A stretch of DNA of 34,732 bases from a virus. The position numbers were made by a program, and so were the translations under genes. The stretch is taken from IMG/VR virus record IMGVR_UViG_3300028840_006925, positions 1 to 34,732 of that record; one strand, given 5' to 3'. The notes under the pieces are model-generated. The model was not told where the DNA came from and did no database searches. It saw only the letters and a program-made list of their open reading frames with translations. Positions 6,088-15,262 of this stretch are shown one piece after another; positions within the stretch are counted from its first letter, which is position 1; each line of letters begins with the position of its first letter.

Positions 6088-8565
6088 CTATGATATTAAT
6101 ATTCCACCAAAATATGCTTCTTGAGAATAATCTACTATATCTGAAGCTTCTCCAGAAACAGAACCAACAACATATGCTGTATCTCCTATATCCATGTCAG
6201 CAAAAGTAGCATGTGGCATACCGAATCGAGAAGATGTTAAAACAGGATTTGGATTTAAATAACAAGTTGTATAATTTCTATTTGATGTGACAAGTCTTGT
6301 GAATAAACTATTTCCATTTATTATATCTGAAAAAGCAAAAGAATAAGTAAATAAATATCTAGAAGTTTTAAAAGCAGTAAAAACAGAAGTACCAGCATTA
6401 TAACCTGTTCCTTGATCATATCTTTCTGAATCAAAAGTAACTTTAGCAACAGTTCCTGTTCCTGTTTGATTAAATTGAATTGTTCCTTTTTCTGCTAAAA
6501 ATGCAATTTGATTTGGAGTTTGAACAACACCCGATAAAGACATAATAAAAAAATCTTTTGTTCCAAAAGTACTACTTTGAGAGATTTTAAAATCATCAGT
6601 GGGACTATCTATTCCCATATACCATTTAAAAGTGGTACTTCTATAAAACTTAATTCCTACATCTCCTCCCGAATCTAAATTAAAACCCTTACCTAAATCA
6701 TCAAGAGTTTCTAATGCTACTTGAACATTAGTATCAGCAGCAGAAAGCCAACTATCAAAATTTGTAGTTGATGTTGTAACTGTTGAAGCGCTTGCAGGAG
6801 CTGCAGAAGTAATTCCTGAAACTACTGTTTCTTTAGCTATTCTTACAGCAACTATTGTATCAGTAGATTGTTCTTTTACAACAAATCCTAATTGAGCAAG
6901 TTCTAATTGTTCAAGTTCTGCTGAAGCTTTAGCAACTGTATCAAGATCAATAGCGGAATTTGCTAAAAATAAATTATTATATTGTTGCGTATCAAAAACA
7001 GCAAAATATTTAGGTATAGAAGAATTTAAATCATCTTTTGATACATAAAGTCTAAAAACACCAAATTTATTTGCTGATAATGCTGTAATAGTTCCTGCAT
7101 TATTATATGAAGATGGAAAAAGAGTTGTTGTAGTATTTAAAGTCCATTTTCCTACTCCATTTGTATACATAAAATAAAATGAAACAGGAGATCCTGCACT
7201 ATCTGGAATTGTTGTTCTAAGACCATGATCTGCTAAATAATCTGTTCCATTTATTTGAATAGCCTTTGTTCCATTAAGAACAATATTTGCTCCTCCATTT
7301 ATATTTTCTATAACAGATCCTATAGTATTATGTGCCCATTCAGATGTTCTTGTTGGAAATTCATATGGATGATCTTCTTTTACTACTATAAAATTACCAA
7401 GAGAATCTCTTAAAACTTCAAAAAGAACAGTATTTTCTTCAAATAAAGTTAAAGATCTTGTCGTTGTTTGTTGTATATTTCCAGTAGTGTCCATATAAAC
7501 ATAATAAGTAACACCATTTGTTGAAAGTGAAATTGTTTGATTACTTGCCCAATCCCTTCTAATTCCTTTAACATAAGCAATTCCACCTCTTATAACTGTA
7601 AAATTTGGACCTAAAATACTATAATAATTACCAGAACCAGACCAAGAGTATCTTCCACTAAATTCCATTCTTTCTATATTTTGAGCATTAATTTCTCCTA
7701 CTATTGTATGAGGAGGCGTTCTATTTACATTAACATTTGGATCAATACCATCTGATTTTATAAAATTCATAGAAGCTGCTGCAATAGACCCATTTCCCGA
7801 AATAGCATATGTTGCACTTGTATCAATAGTTACATTAGATAAATTATTTCTAAAAATAGAATTTGTTGTTAATGCAATATCTGATCCAGTTTCTAAAGTT
7901 GAATTATAACAATCAAATATAACTGAAGCAGTTGTTGTGACATTTTTCTTCAATAAACAATTATCTATTGTTACATCAGCAGATGATTGAAAATTTAATT
8001 TACAATCTATCTTAGAATCTGAAATATCTGTTATTCCAGTAATAATAGCTGTATTTATTGTTCCTTTTCCTACAATACAATCTTTAATTATTATTCCAGA
8101 TCCACCTATATTGTTAATAATTCCATTATCTATAGAATTATCATAGCAACTATATAAAGAAAAATCTCCCATCCAATTTGGAAGATTTAATACAAATCCA
8201 GATGTTAAGTTAAAATAACAATCTTCTATTATAACATCTGAAGTTCCTGCATTTGTTATATCATCAAAAATATGAGTGGAAGATTGTAAAGATAAATTTG
8301 CAAATTTTATTGTTCCAGAAAGTGGAGGAGAATGAAGTCCAACAACAGAAACTAAAATATTTTCTCCTCTTACAAATACATTATTATAACAAATAAGATT
8401 TTCTGTATAAACTCCATCTCTTACATAAACAAGACCACCGCCATCAGCATTAGCAGCATTTATAGCTGCTTGTATAGTTGTATAATCACCACTTCCATCA
8501 TGATCTACTACATATTTTGATGTAGCAGCCGCTCCTTCTCTTTCTAATTTTCCTCCTTGACTCAT
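6088..8565 (-). CDS. Tailspike with an N-terminal right-handed beta-helix (pectin-lyase-fold, putative depolymerase) and a C1q/TNF-like C-terminal head. It lacks the fibre anchor motif.
   Basis: SKYVVDHDGSGDYTTIQAAINAANADGGGLVYVRDGVYTENL is a typical beta-helix cap, and this region is paralogous to residues of the 9249-11369 product. The C-terminus IAFLAEK...GTSVFTAFKTSRYLFTYSF...DIGDTAYVV...YFGGILIS resembles C1q-like jelly rolls. The stop is TAG. Confidence 0.65.
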   Translation of the reverse strand: MSQGGKLEREGAAATSKYVVDHDGSGDYTTIQAAINAANADGGGLVYVRDGVYTENLICYNNVFVRGENILVSVVGLHSPPLSGTIKFANLSLQSSTHIFDDITNAGTSDVIIEDCYFNLTSGFVLNLPNWMGDFSLYSCYDNSIDNGIINNIGGSGIIIKDCIVGKGTINTAIITGITDISDSKIDCKLNFQSSADVTIDNCLLKKNVTTTASVIFDCYNSTLETGSDIALTTNSIFRNNLSNVTIDTSATYAISGNGSIAAASMNFIKSDGIDPNVNVNRTPPHTIVGEINAQNIERMEFSGRYSWSGSGNYYSILGPNFTVIRGGIAYVKGIRRDWASNQTISLSTNGVTYYVYMDTTGNIQQTTTRSLTLFEENTVLFEVLRDSLGNFIVVKEDHPYEFPTRTSEWAHNTIGSVIENINGGANIVLNGTKAIQINGTDYLADHGLRTTIPDSAGSPVSFYFMYTNGVGKWTLNTTTTLFPSSYNNAGTITALSANKFGVFRLYVSKDDLNSSIPKYFAVFDTQQYNNLFLANSAIDLDTVAKASAELEQLELAQLGFVVKEQSTDTIVAVRIAKETVVSGITSAAPASASTVTTSTTNFDSWLSAADTNVQVALETLDDLGKGFNLDSGGDVGIKFYRSTTFKWYMGIDSPTDDFKISQSSTFGTKDFFIMSLSGVVQTPNQIAFLAEKGTIQFNQTGTGTVAKVTFDSERYDQGTGYNAGTSVFTAFKTSRYLFTYSFAFSDIINGNSLFTRLVTSNRNYTTCYLNPNPVLTSSRFGMPHATFADMDIGDTAYVVGSVSGEASDIVDYSQEAYFGGILIS

Positions 8566-8575
8566 TTTTTACTCC

Positions 8576-8911
8576 TTATTCTGCATACATAGTTGAAATC
8601 CAAAGTGAGCCAGTAGTTGGAGCTGCTCCTACATATTTTGCATAAAAATAAACTCCTTTTGGAACAAAAAAACCATTTGCTTTTACTTCATTTGCTGTAA
8701 GATCTATAAGTAAAAAAGATACAGGAGACATTTTTTCTTCTGTTTGATTTCCTGTTAAAGAAAGTTCAATAGTAGCATCAGTATTATTTACTAATCTATA
8801 CCATCTAATTGGATGAGATGTTGCTGCTCCTATAGCTTGAAAACTTGATGTAAGTGAACCAAAAGCGATTTCTCTTAATGGTTCAAATGCAACTCTTTTT
8901 TTAAAACTCAT
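8576..8911 (-). CDS. Hypothetical protein (111 aa) within the fibre cluster
   Basis: The ORF has the RBS AGGAGA. I recognise no motif. Confidence 0.6.
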   Translation of the reverse strand: MSFKKRVAFEPLREIAFGSLTSSFQAIGAATSHPIRWYRLVNNTDATIELSLTGNQTEEKMSPVSFLLIDLTANEVKANGFFVPKGVYFYAKYVGAAPTTGSLWISTMYAE

Positions 8912-8913
8912 TT

Positions 8914-9180
8914 TTAATCTCCTAAATTTTTAACTATTTCACCCTTTTCTAATGTTTCTTTTTTTATTTCAGGTGCTTCACTTTTTTTCTTTTCATTTTC
9001 AACTTTTTTAAGTTGTTCTTGAATAATATGAGCTATTGTTTTTGCGCATTTTATACAAGCATCATATGCTGAACCTAAAGAACATCCAATTGGTATGCAA
9101 AAATGAAAAACATTTTCTTTTTCTTTTACTTCAATTTTTAAAGTTTGAATTGTTTTAATATCTTTATCTTGAGTAGACAT
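8914..9180 (-). CDS. Hypothetical Cys-containing small protein (88 aa) within the fibre cluster
   Basis: The ORF has the RBS GGAGG. It contains CIPIGC...DACIKC and ends in a K/E-rich tail. Confidence 0.55.
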   Translation of the reverse strand: MSTQDKDIKTIQTLKIEVKEKENVFHFCIPIGCSLGSAYDACIKCAKTIAHIIQEQLKKVENEKKKSEAPEIKKETLEKGEIVKNLGD

Positions 9181-9248
9181 TTTACCTCCATTTATATGTT
9201 TCTCCTTAAATGAACGTTACAAATAAAATATTTTAATTTAAAGGATTT

Positions 9249-11369
9249 TTATGGAGTATTTGTTGTCCAAAAAGGAATATATCTAGCATTTCCTTCTACA
9301 TATATTTTTATCCAACCACTTGAATTTGCTGAATTATTAGAATTCATTAAAACAGTTCCTATTCCTGCAGCTACTCCTGAATAAACGTTTGTAAAACTCA
9401 CTCTTCCTACAACACCACCTAAATCACCGCTTGCTTGTAATTGAGCACCTTCATTACTTTGTGAAACATCTACAGAAACAGCACTTATATTTCCATTTGA
9501 ATCTATAGTTGTAACTGGTATTATGTTACTGTCTATAATATTAAAAGTATTTGCTCCAGCTGAATCCCCTAAAATTATAGAAAAACTTTTATTTGTTGCA
9601 CAAGAAAATGTAGTTGTAGAAGCTGCTGTTGCAAGTGTTGCTTGATCCCAAAAACGAATATCCGCAACTCCATAATTTTGAGTTCCAGATTCATTATAAA
9701 GATCAAGTCCATATTGCCAATCACTTACTGCTTTATTACCTTGAACAACTTTAAAAGCAGCTTTAGCTGTTGTTCCTGTATTAGCACCATCTCTTGTAGC
9801 AATAAAACCACATCCTGTAGTATTAAAAGGAGCATCATAATTTACTACTCCAATTGAAGATGCTTGATTATTTAAAGTAGGAGAAGCAGCGCTATCTGCA
9901 GCTGATAATATAGATTTTACTCCGCATAAATAACTTTGAGGTTGGTCAGCAGCGTCTGTTTCTTCTATATATACTTGTCCCAAACAACCAGATAATATAC
10001 TTACAACTTGAGAACCGTCTTTTTGATTTGCATAATTAAAATTTGCATATCCTTGTAATATATAAGATCCAGAACTTGATGTAAGAGTGCTATCTATACC
10101 TTTTGGTGTTGAATTTCCATCACCACCTTGTGCATCTATATTTGCTAAAAAAGCTTTTCTAGATGTTGATCCAGTAGAAGGATCAATTCCAAAAGCCTGA
10201 ATTAATGCTTGATCATCTGTATAAGTATTAGGTTTAGATGCTGTCGAATCTCCTACTATTATTTTTCCAGGTCTGCTTTCTGATGGATAAATTATTGATA
10301 AAGTAGGAGCAATATTTGAATTATTCTCAAAATCTACTCCATTTAGAGTAATTGAACCAGCTCCAGTTCCTGAAATAGCTGGATTGGCTGAAGAAGAAAT
10401 AGTAGTTGTAGAAATATTTAAAGTTCCTGAAGAATTATGAGTGATTGCTTGAGAAACTGATGTTGAAAATGCACAGTTTGATAACCTTACATTAGCATTT
10501 CCAGAAGTTATTATAGTTCCATTAAATGTACTACTAAATATATCAGCCTGAGTTCCTGCATTCATATTAATAGGAATAAAAAATTCAGCACTATCAGTAA
10601 ATATAGAACCAGAAATTATCATATTATTTGCAGTACCTTTTCCAAATGAACCAGAAAAACATAAAACAGTAGCTCCATTAATATTATTTATAACTCCATC
10701 ATTTGTTCCAAAACCACAATTTACATCCCATAATTCTAATATTCCAGTCCAATTTGGAACATTTAATAAATATCCATTTGTAACTGAAATTGCACAATCA
10801 GCTATAATTAAATGAGAAGTTCCTGCAGCAGAAGAATTAAAAATATTTGTAGCACTATTAAGTTTAATATTTCTAAAAGTAAAACTACCATTTATAGGAG
10901 GTGTATGTGTCCCTGTAATTTCAACTCCTGTTCCTCCATCTGAAAGACCTGTAGCTCCAATTATTTGAGTAGTTCCATATAATATTAAATTTTCTGTATA
11001 GATACCTGGGCGAACATAAATAGTAGAATTTATTCCTGATGCATTTGCGGCATCTAAAGCATTTTGTATTGTTAGATAATCTGCAGTACCATCAGCTGCA
11101 ACTACATATTTTGAAAGTGGCGAACTCCCTGCAGTATTTTGTCCTATAGGTTCCCAATTAGCAACATTAGAAACTACAGATGTTAAGCACCAAACTTCAT
11201 TGGTATCAATATGAATCCATATAGTAGGAATTTTATATTTTCTATCAGATTGAGTTGGTGCTCTATGAGCTCTTACGCTAAGAGTATTTGAAGGTTGATT
11301 AGGATTTAAATAAGCTAATGGTTGAATTCCAGGAACTGCACTAGCTGAATTTCTTTGAAAATCTGTCAT
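9249..11369 (-). CDS. Tail fibre/spike 2: N-terminal anchor, inserted beta-helix module, and a C-terminal module shared with fibre 1
   Basis: The N-terminus MTDFQRNSASAVPGIQPLAYLNPNQP...RAPTQSDRKYKIPTIWIH..EVWCLTSVVSNVANW parallels the 11381-12691 product. The middle section SKYVVAADGTADYLTIQNALDAANASG...YVRPGIYTENL parallels the 6088-8565 product. The distal part (STSRKAF...ADIRFWDQATL) again parallels fibre 1. Confidence 0.7.
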   Translation of the reverse strand: MTDFQRNSASAVPGIQPLAYLNPNQPSNTLSVRAHRAPTQSDRKYKIPTIWIHIDTNEVWCLTSVVSNVANWEPIGQNTAGSSPLSKYVVAADGTADYLTIQNALDAANASGINSTIYVRPGIYTENLILYGTTQIIGATGLSDGGTGVEITGTHTPPINGSFTFRNIKLNSATNIFNSSAAGTSHLIIADCAISVTNGYLLNVPNWTGILELWDVNCGFGTNDGVINNINGATVLCFSGSFGKGTANNMIISGSIFTDSAEFFIPINMNAGTQADIFSSTFNGTIITSGNANVRLSNCAFSTSVSQAITHNSSGTLNISTTTISSSANPAISGTGAGSITLNGVDFENNSNIAPTLSIIYPSESRPGKIIVGDSTASKPNTYTDDQALIQAFGIDPSTGSTSRKAFLANIDAQGGDGNSTPKGIDSTLTSSSGSYILQGYANFNYANQKDGSQVVSILSGCLGQVYIEETDAADQPQSYLCGVKSILSAADSAASPTLNNQASSIGVVNYDAPFNTTGCGFIATRDGANTGTTAKAAFKVVQGNKAVSDWQYGLDLYNESGTQNYGVADIRFWDQATLATAASTTTFSCATNKSFSIILGDSAGANTFNIIDSNIIPVTTIDSNGNISAVSVDVSQSNEGAQLQASGDLGGVVGRVSFTNVYSGVAAGIGTVLMNSNNSANSSGWIKIYVEGNARYIPFWTTNTP

Positions 11370-11380
11370 GAAATTACTCC

Positions 11381-12691
11381 TTATGGAATTGCTTCAAATT
11401 TTATCCAAGCGATATCTGAAGTATCAGCTGCATTTGAAGATGTTATTGTAAAAGATGTTCCAACAACTTTAGCTGTTATAGAAACAAATCCTGGTGTTCC
11501 AGCATTATTTTGATGTGTTAAAAATATTCTAGAATTTGCAGTTACTCCAGTATTATTAACAGTTACTGTTCCAGCAACCAACGTTGCAACTCCCATTGTT
11601 GCATTAGTACCTTCTTTAATAAATATTCCATTTCCAACTGAATCTAAAGCTAAATTTCCTGTTTGAGTTACCACTCCAAATGAATCTACTTTCCATTTTG
11701 ATGCGCCGCTAGCATTTTGAACTTCAAATTTAGTAACACCTGCATCATCTCCTAATTTAAATAAAATACTATCTCCTGCATTTCCAGTAAGAGTTACATT
11801 TCCTCCCATAGTATTTAAAGTAGATTGTCCATGGAATCTAATATCTGCTGTTCCATACCCCCATGTAGCATTTCCTCCATATAAATCAAGTCCATATGTC
11901 CAATCATGTAAAAGAGTAGATGTTTGTACTATTTTATAAGCCGCTCCTGCTTGTCCTCCAGCTCCTGATCCCCATCTAGTTGCGACAAAAGCATTTCCAA
12001 CAGTATTAAATGGAGTATTATATGTTAATATTCCAAGACAACATCCTTGATAAGCTGTAGTTAAAGCTGCTGCTGCATCTGATGCAGAAAGAGTTGCTTG
12101 AACTCCTGTTGCCCAAACTTGAGGTTCATCTGCTGCATTTGTTTCATTAATAACAGCCATTCCAAGAATACCAATTAAATTTGAATCTATTTTTGAACCA
12201 TCATCTTGTTGAGCATAGAAAAATCCAGAATGAAGTTCTTCTGTATGAGATCCAGAAAGAGAAACTATATTTCCTCTTATTGCTTGAGGAGATGAATTTC
12301 CATCACCTGAACTTACTTGAAGATCTCCTCTTATCGCTTTTCTATATGTAGATCCTGTTGAAGTATCAGTTCCATATACTTGAAACATATTTTCATCAGT
12401 TGAAAAAGCTGTTTCTCTAGAAGTTGAATTTCCAATTTCTGAAGGAGCTGTAAGTTCATTTCCTACAACATCTGTCCAATTTGCTACATTATTTACTACA
12501 GATGTTAAACACCAAACTTCTTGAGTAAGTTTATTTATCCATAAAGTTCCAATTTTATATCTTCTATCAGTATTTTTTGGAGATCTATTTGAAATCTCTC
12601 TAAGTACTGTAGCTGGTTGATTTTGATTTAAATATGAGAGTGGCTGAACGCCTGCAACTGCACTAGTTGCTGCTCTTTGACTATTTGACAT
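11381..12691 (-). CDS. Tail fibre 1 (436 aa from the ATG at 12691)
   Basis: The strong RBS GGAGGA precedes the ATG at 12691 (MSNSQRAATSAVAGVQPLSYLNQNQP...). The track start at 12742 lies upstream of this RBS. The N- and C-terminal modules are shared with the 9249-11369 product. Confidence 0.7.
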   Translation of the reverse strand: MSNSQRAATSAVAGVQPLSYLNQNQPATVLREISNRSPKNTDRRYKIGTLWINKLTQEVWCLTSVVNNVANWTDVVGNELTAPSEIGNSTSRETAFSTDENMFQVYGTDTSTGSTYRKAIRGDLQVSSGDGNSSPQAIRGNIVSLSGSHTEELHSGFFYAQQDDGSKIDSNLIGILGMAVINETNAADEPQVWATGVQATLSASDAAAALTTAYQGCCLGILTYNTPFNTVGNAFVATRWGSGAGGQAGAAYKIVQTSTLLHDWTYGLDLYGGNATWGYGTADIRFHGQSTLNTMGGNVTLTGNAGDSILFKLGDDAGVTKFEVQNASGASKWKVDSFGVVTQTGNLALDSVGNGIFIKEGTNATMGVATLVAGTVTVNNTGVTANSRIFLTHQNNAGTPGFVSITAKVVGTSFTITSSNAADTSDIAWIKFEAIP

Positions 12692-12928
12692 TTTTTCCTC
12701 CTTTTGTGGGGGAGGCTTCTTTTGGGGAAACCTACTACCCAATTATTTATTTAATTTTTTAATAACATTATTAAAATAATCTTTCTACTTTTATTTTAAT
12801 TTGTTTTGATTTATAATTTAATTATAAAATTAATTAATAAACGGTAAATTTATGTGGGGAACTTTTTTTCTTTTTGTTTTTATTGGATTCTGGTGTAATC
12901 ATTTTGGAAAAGAATATTATTATTAATT

Positions 12929-14227
12929 TTATTCTTCGATAAACCCTAAATCTTCATATGATACTGGTTCTTGTATTGATTTTTCTGTTGGTTTTTCCAA
13001 TAACTCTGGTTCCTTTTTTTCTGCTATTTTATTAAATTTTTTTAATGAATTTAATGTTGCTCTAACTTCTCCTTTAGAAGCATTTTTTAAAATATCGAAA
13101 TAAGTTTTTCTAAGTCCCGGATTTCTTGCTAACGCAATAGCAAGTTCTCCCATTTTTGCTAATGCTACTTTAGGAAGGGAAACACCAGAAGTTACGCTTT
13201 TTAAGGCATATCCAATAATTCCAGCATGAGCTGCTAAAATAGGATGTTTTTTAATAAAGTTTTCAATATATCTAGATTCATTAATTCCTTTATGAAGAGA
13301 ATTAGCTTGTCTATAAACTTGCCCGAATTCAGGACTAACTGTTTCAAATTCTTTGATTGAACTATCTACATCTTTTCCAAGTATTTTCCAAAGACCTTTA
13401 GATCCTTTTATTTTTTCAAATTCTCCCATTCTTTCATTGATATTTCTTTTTATTTCCATCAATTCATCAACTTTTATATTTCCATTTTTAATTTTATCTC
13501 TAATATCATTTGAAATTTCTTTAAGTGCTGATTTAGGACCTGTTTTTATTCCTTTTTCCAATATTTTATCTAATTTTGTTAAATTTCTTTCTAAATTTTT
13601 AGTTGGAATTGTTCGTCCTTCTGCTAAAGTGTCTGCTTTTCTATATAAATCTTTTTCAATATTTCGAAGTGATTTTCCAGATATTCTATGAGCTAATATT
13701 GATGCTCCAATTCCTGAAGCTGCTTGCATCCATGGAGGAAGTCCAACTTGTTCTGTTGCTGTCATAACTGCTGAAGGAACTAATGCTCCAATAGCCGTTC
13801 TTCCAAGCGTTCCTGCTAATGTTGTAGCTTTTAATGGTCCTCCTAAACTTAAAATTCCTCCAAGAGCTCCTGCTCCTCTTGCTAAATATTGTTGTGCCAT
13901 TGTTTCAGGACGAAATTCTTCACCAGCTAATTTTTCAAATACTCTACCAACTTGTTCTGAAGTAGGAAGTACAGTTAATGGTTTTTCAATTTTTGCCATT
14001 CTTTGTAGAAAATTAAATATATCTCCAGGAGTTCCTATAAATCCTCCAGCAAATTCTTTTAATGCTGCTCCAGTTGGTTTTCTGATTTTTTCTATTGTTT
14101 CAGGTCTAGGTTCCCATCCATAAAATCTGAGTCCTTTAGCTATTTTTATTGCCTTTTCAGAAGGAATTTCTTTTTGGCTTATTTCTTCTTCAGGAATAAA
14201 ACCAAGATCTTCTTGTGAAGGGATCAT
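12929..14227 (-). CDS. Internal virion / ejection-type protein with a glycine-zipper membrane-like segment
   Basis: The 432-aa ORF has a G/A-rich hydrophobic segment (GAGALGGILSLGGPLKATTLAGTLGRTAIGALVPSAVM). An EDLGFI motif occurs at both termini. It lies between the tail genes and the fibres, and its start overlaps the upstream stop (ATGA). Confidence 0.5.
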   Translation of the reverse strand: MIPSQEDLGFIPEEEISQKEIPSEKAIKIAKGLRFYGWEPRPETIEKIRKPTGAALKEFAGGFIGTPGDIFNFLQRMAKIEKPLTVLPTSEQVGRVFEKLAGEEFRPETMAQQYLARGAGALGGILSLGGPLKATTLAGTLGRTAIGALVPSAVMTATEQVGLPPWMQAASGIGASILAHRISGKSLRNIEKDLYRKADTLAEGRTIPTKNLERNLTKLDKILEKGIKTGPKSALKEISNDIRDKIKNGNIKVDELMEIKRNINERMGEFEKIKGSKGLWKILGKDVDSSIKEFETVSPEFGQVYRQANSLHKGINESRYIENFIKKHPILAAHAGIIGYALKSVTSGVSLPKVALAKMGELAIALARNPGLRKTYFDILKNASKGEVRATLNSLKKFNKIAEKKEPELLEKPTEKSIQEPVSYEDLGFIEE

Positions 14228-15261
14228 AATTTTTTAAATCCTGCTTTTAATGCTTTATTAATATTTTGTTTAGGAATATATCCAATTTTTCCATCTGGAG
14301 ATTGTACTTTAATTGAATTTGGAGGAGCTTTTGTAAGAGATGCTGTTTCTGGCGTTTCAGCTGGAGTAATACTTGTTGGTTCTATATATTCACTTATTAA
14401 TCTATCTATTTCAGGACGATATTTTTCTTCAAAATTTTGAGTTGCTTCATCATAAGATATTTTTCCTATTCCACCGCCTTCTTTAAATGATTCTTTAATT
14501 CCTTTTGAATAAATTTTATTTAAATCATTAATAATTTTTAGATCTCTGACAACAGCTAATTGACCTTCAGGAGTTGTTAAAAGAGAAGGTAATTGATTTA
14601 AAAATGTTTCTAATTCAAAATTTGTTATTCTAGCTCCATAAGAATCTCTAGCTCCTCTTGTCATTTCTGTAATAATTTTTTGAAATTCTACAAGTTCTTT
14701 TGGCGCTGCCCAAGCAAAAGGTTTTCTTAATTGTCCAGCTTCTCCTATAAAAAGAAGAGCTTTTGCACCAGATGGTATTTTTCCGCTTTTAATTAATTTT
14801 TCTAATCTTCCAAATCTAGCAGTATTTATTTCCGCTTTTTTTGCTTCATCATTAGCTTCTGTAAATGCTTTTTGATTTTGTTTTATTAGAAATTTTTCTT
14901 CGCCTTTTTGTTCTTTAATTTTTGCTTGTTGAAGTTGTGCAAGTTTAAAAGCTTGATCTTGAGTTAATCCAGCCATTGGAAATTGTTCAGGTTCTGATTC
15001 ATTTCTAAGTATTTGAGAAAGAGCACTTGCGAATGCTTGTTGTTGAGGAGCTTGAAGTTGCTGTTTTACAATTTCACGTTGTACATCAGGAGGCATTGTG
15101 GCTATAGAAGCTGCTTTTTCTCTTGGAAATCCTAAAGCTTGAAGTCCTTGTCTTGATTGCATTTGTTGCATTTTTTGTTGAGCTAAAGCTTGAAGTCCAG
15201 CTCCTAATCCTGCTCCTAATTGTTCTGCAAAACCAGGAGGTCTTTCATATATTTGAACCAT
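14224..15261 (-). CDS. Internal virion / ejection-type protein, Q/A/G-rich N-terminus
   Basis: The RBS GGAGGAAG precedes the ATG at 15261 (MVQIYERPPGFAEQLGAGLGAGLQALAQQKMQQMQ). The track start at 15312 overlaps the upstream gene. Confidence 0.5.
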   Translation of the reverse strand: MVQIYERPPGFAEQLGAGLGAGLQALAQQKMQQMQSRQGLQALGFPREKAASIATMPPDVQREIVKQQLQAPQQQAFASALSQILRNESEPEQFPMAGLTQDQAFKLAQLQQAKIKEQKGEEKFLIKQNQKAFTEANDEAKKAEINTARFGRLEKLIKSGKIPSGAKALLFIGEAGQLRKPFAWAAPKELVEFQKIITEMTRGARDSYGARITNFELETFLNQLPSLLTTPEGQLAVVRDLKIINDLNKIYSKGIKESFKEGGGIGKISYDEATQNFEEKYRPEIDRLISEYIEPTSITPAETPETASLTKAPPNSIKVQSPDGKIGYIPKQNINKALKAGFKKL

Positions 15262-15262
15262 A

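Noticed and set aside
4447-12691. Gin/Hin-type invertible tail-fibre switch or a diversity-generating retroelement acting on the fibre genes
   Set aside because: By eye I found no long inverted repeats flanking any fibre segment and no alternative C-terminal cassettes in the opposite orientation. The recombinase gene is about 11 kb away, and there is no reverse transcriptase or template repeat. A computational inverted-repeat search is still advisable.
35-12860. Shared 12-mer tttatgtgggga at 35-46 (and its terminal duplicate) and at about 12849-12860
   Set aside because: I found it post hoc. One copy is coding and the other intergenic, and the flanks show no extended similarity. I cannot assess its significance without a k-mer count.
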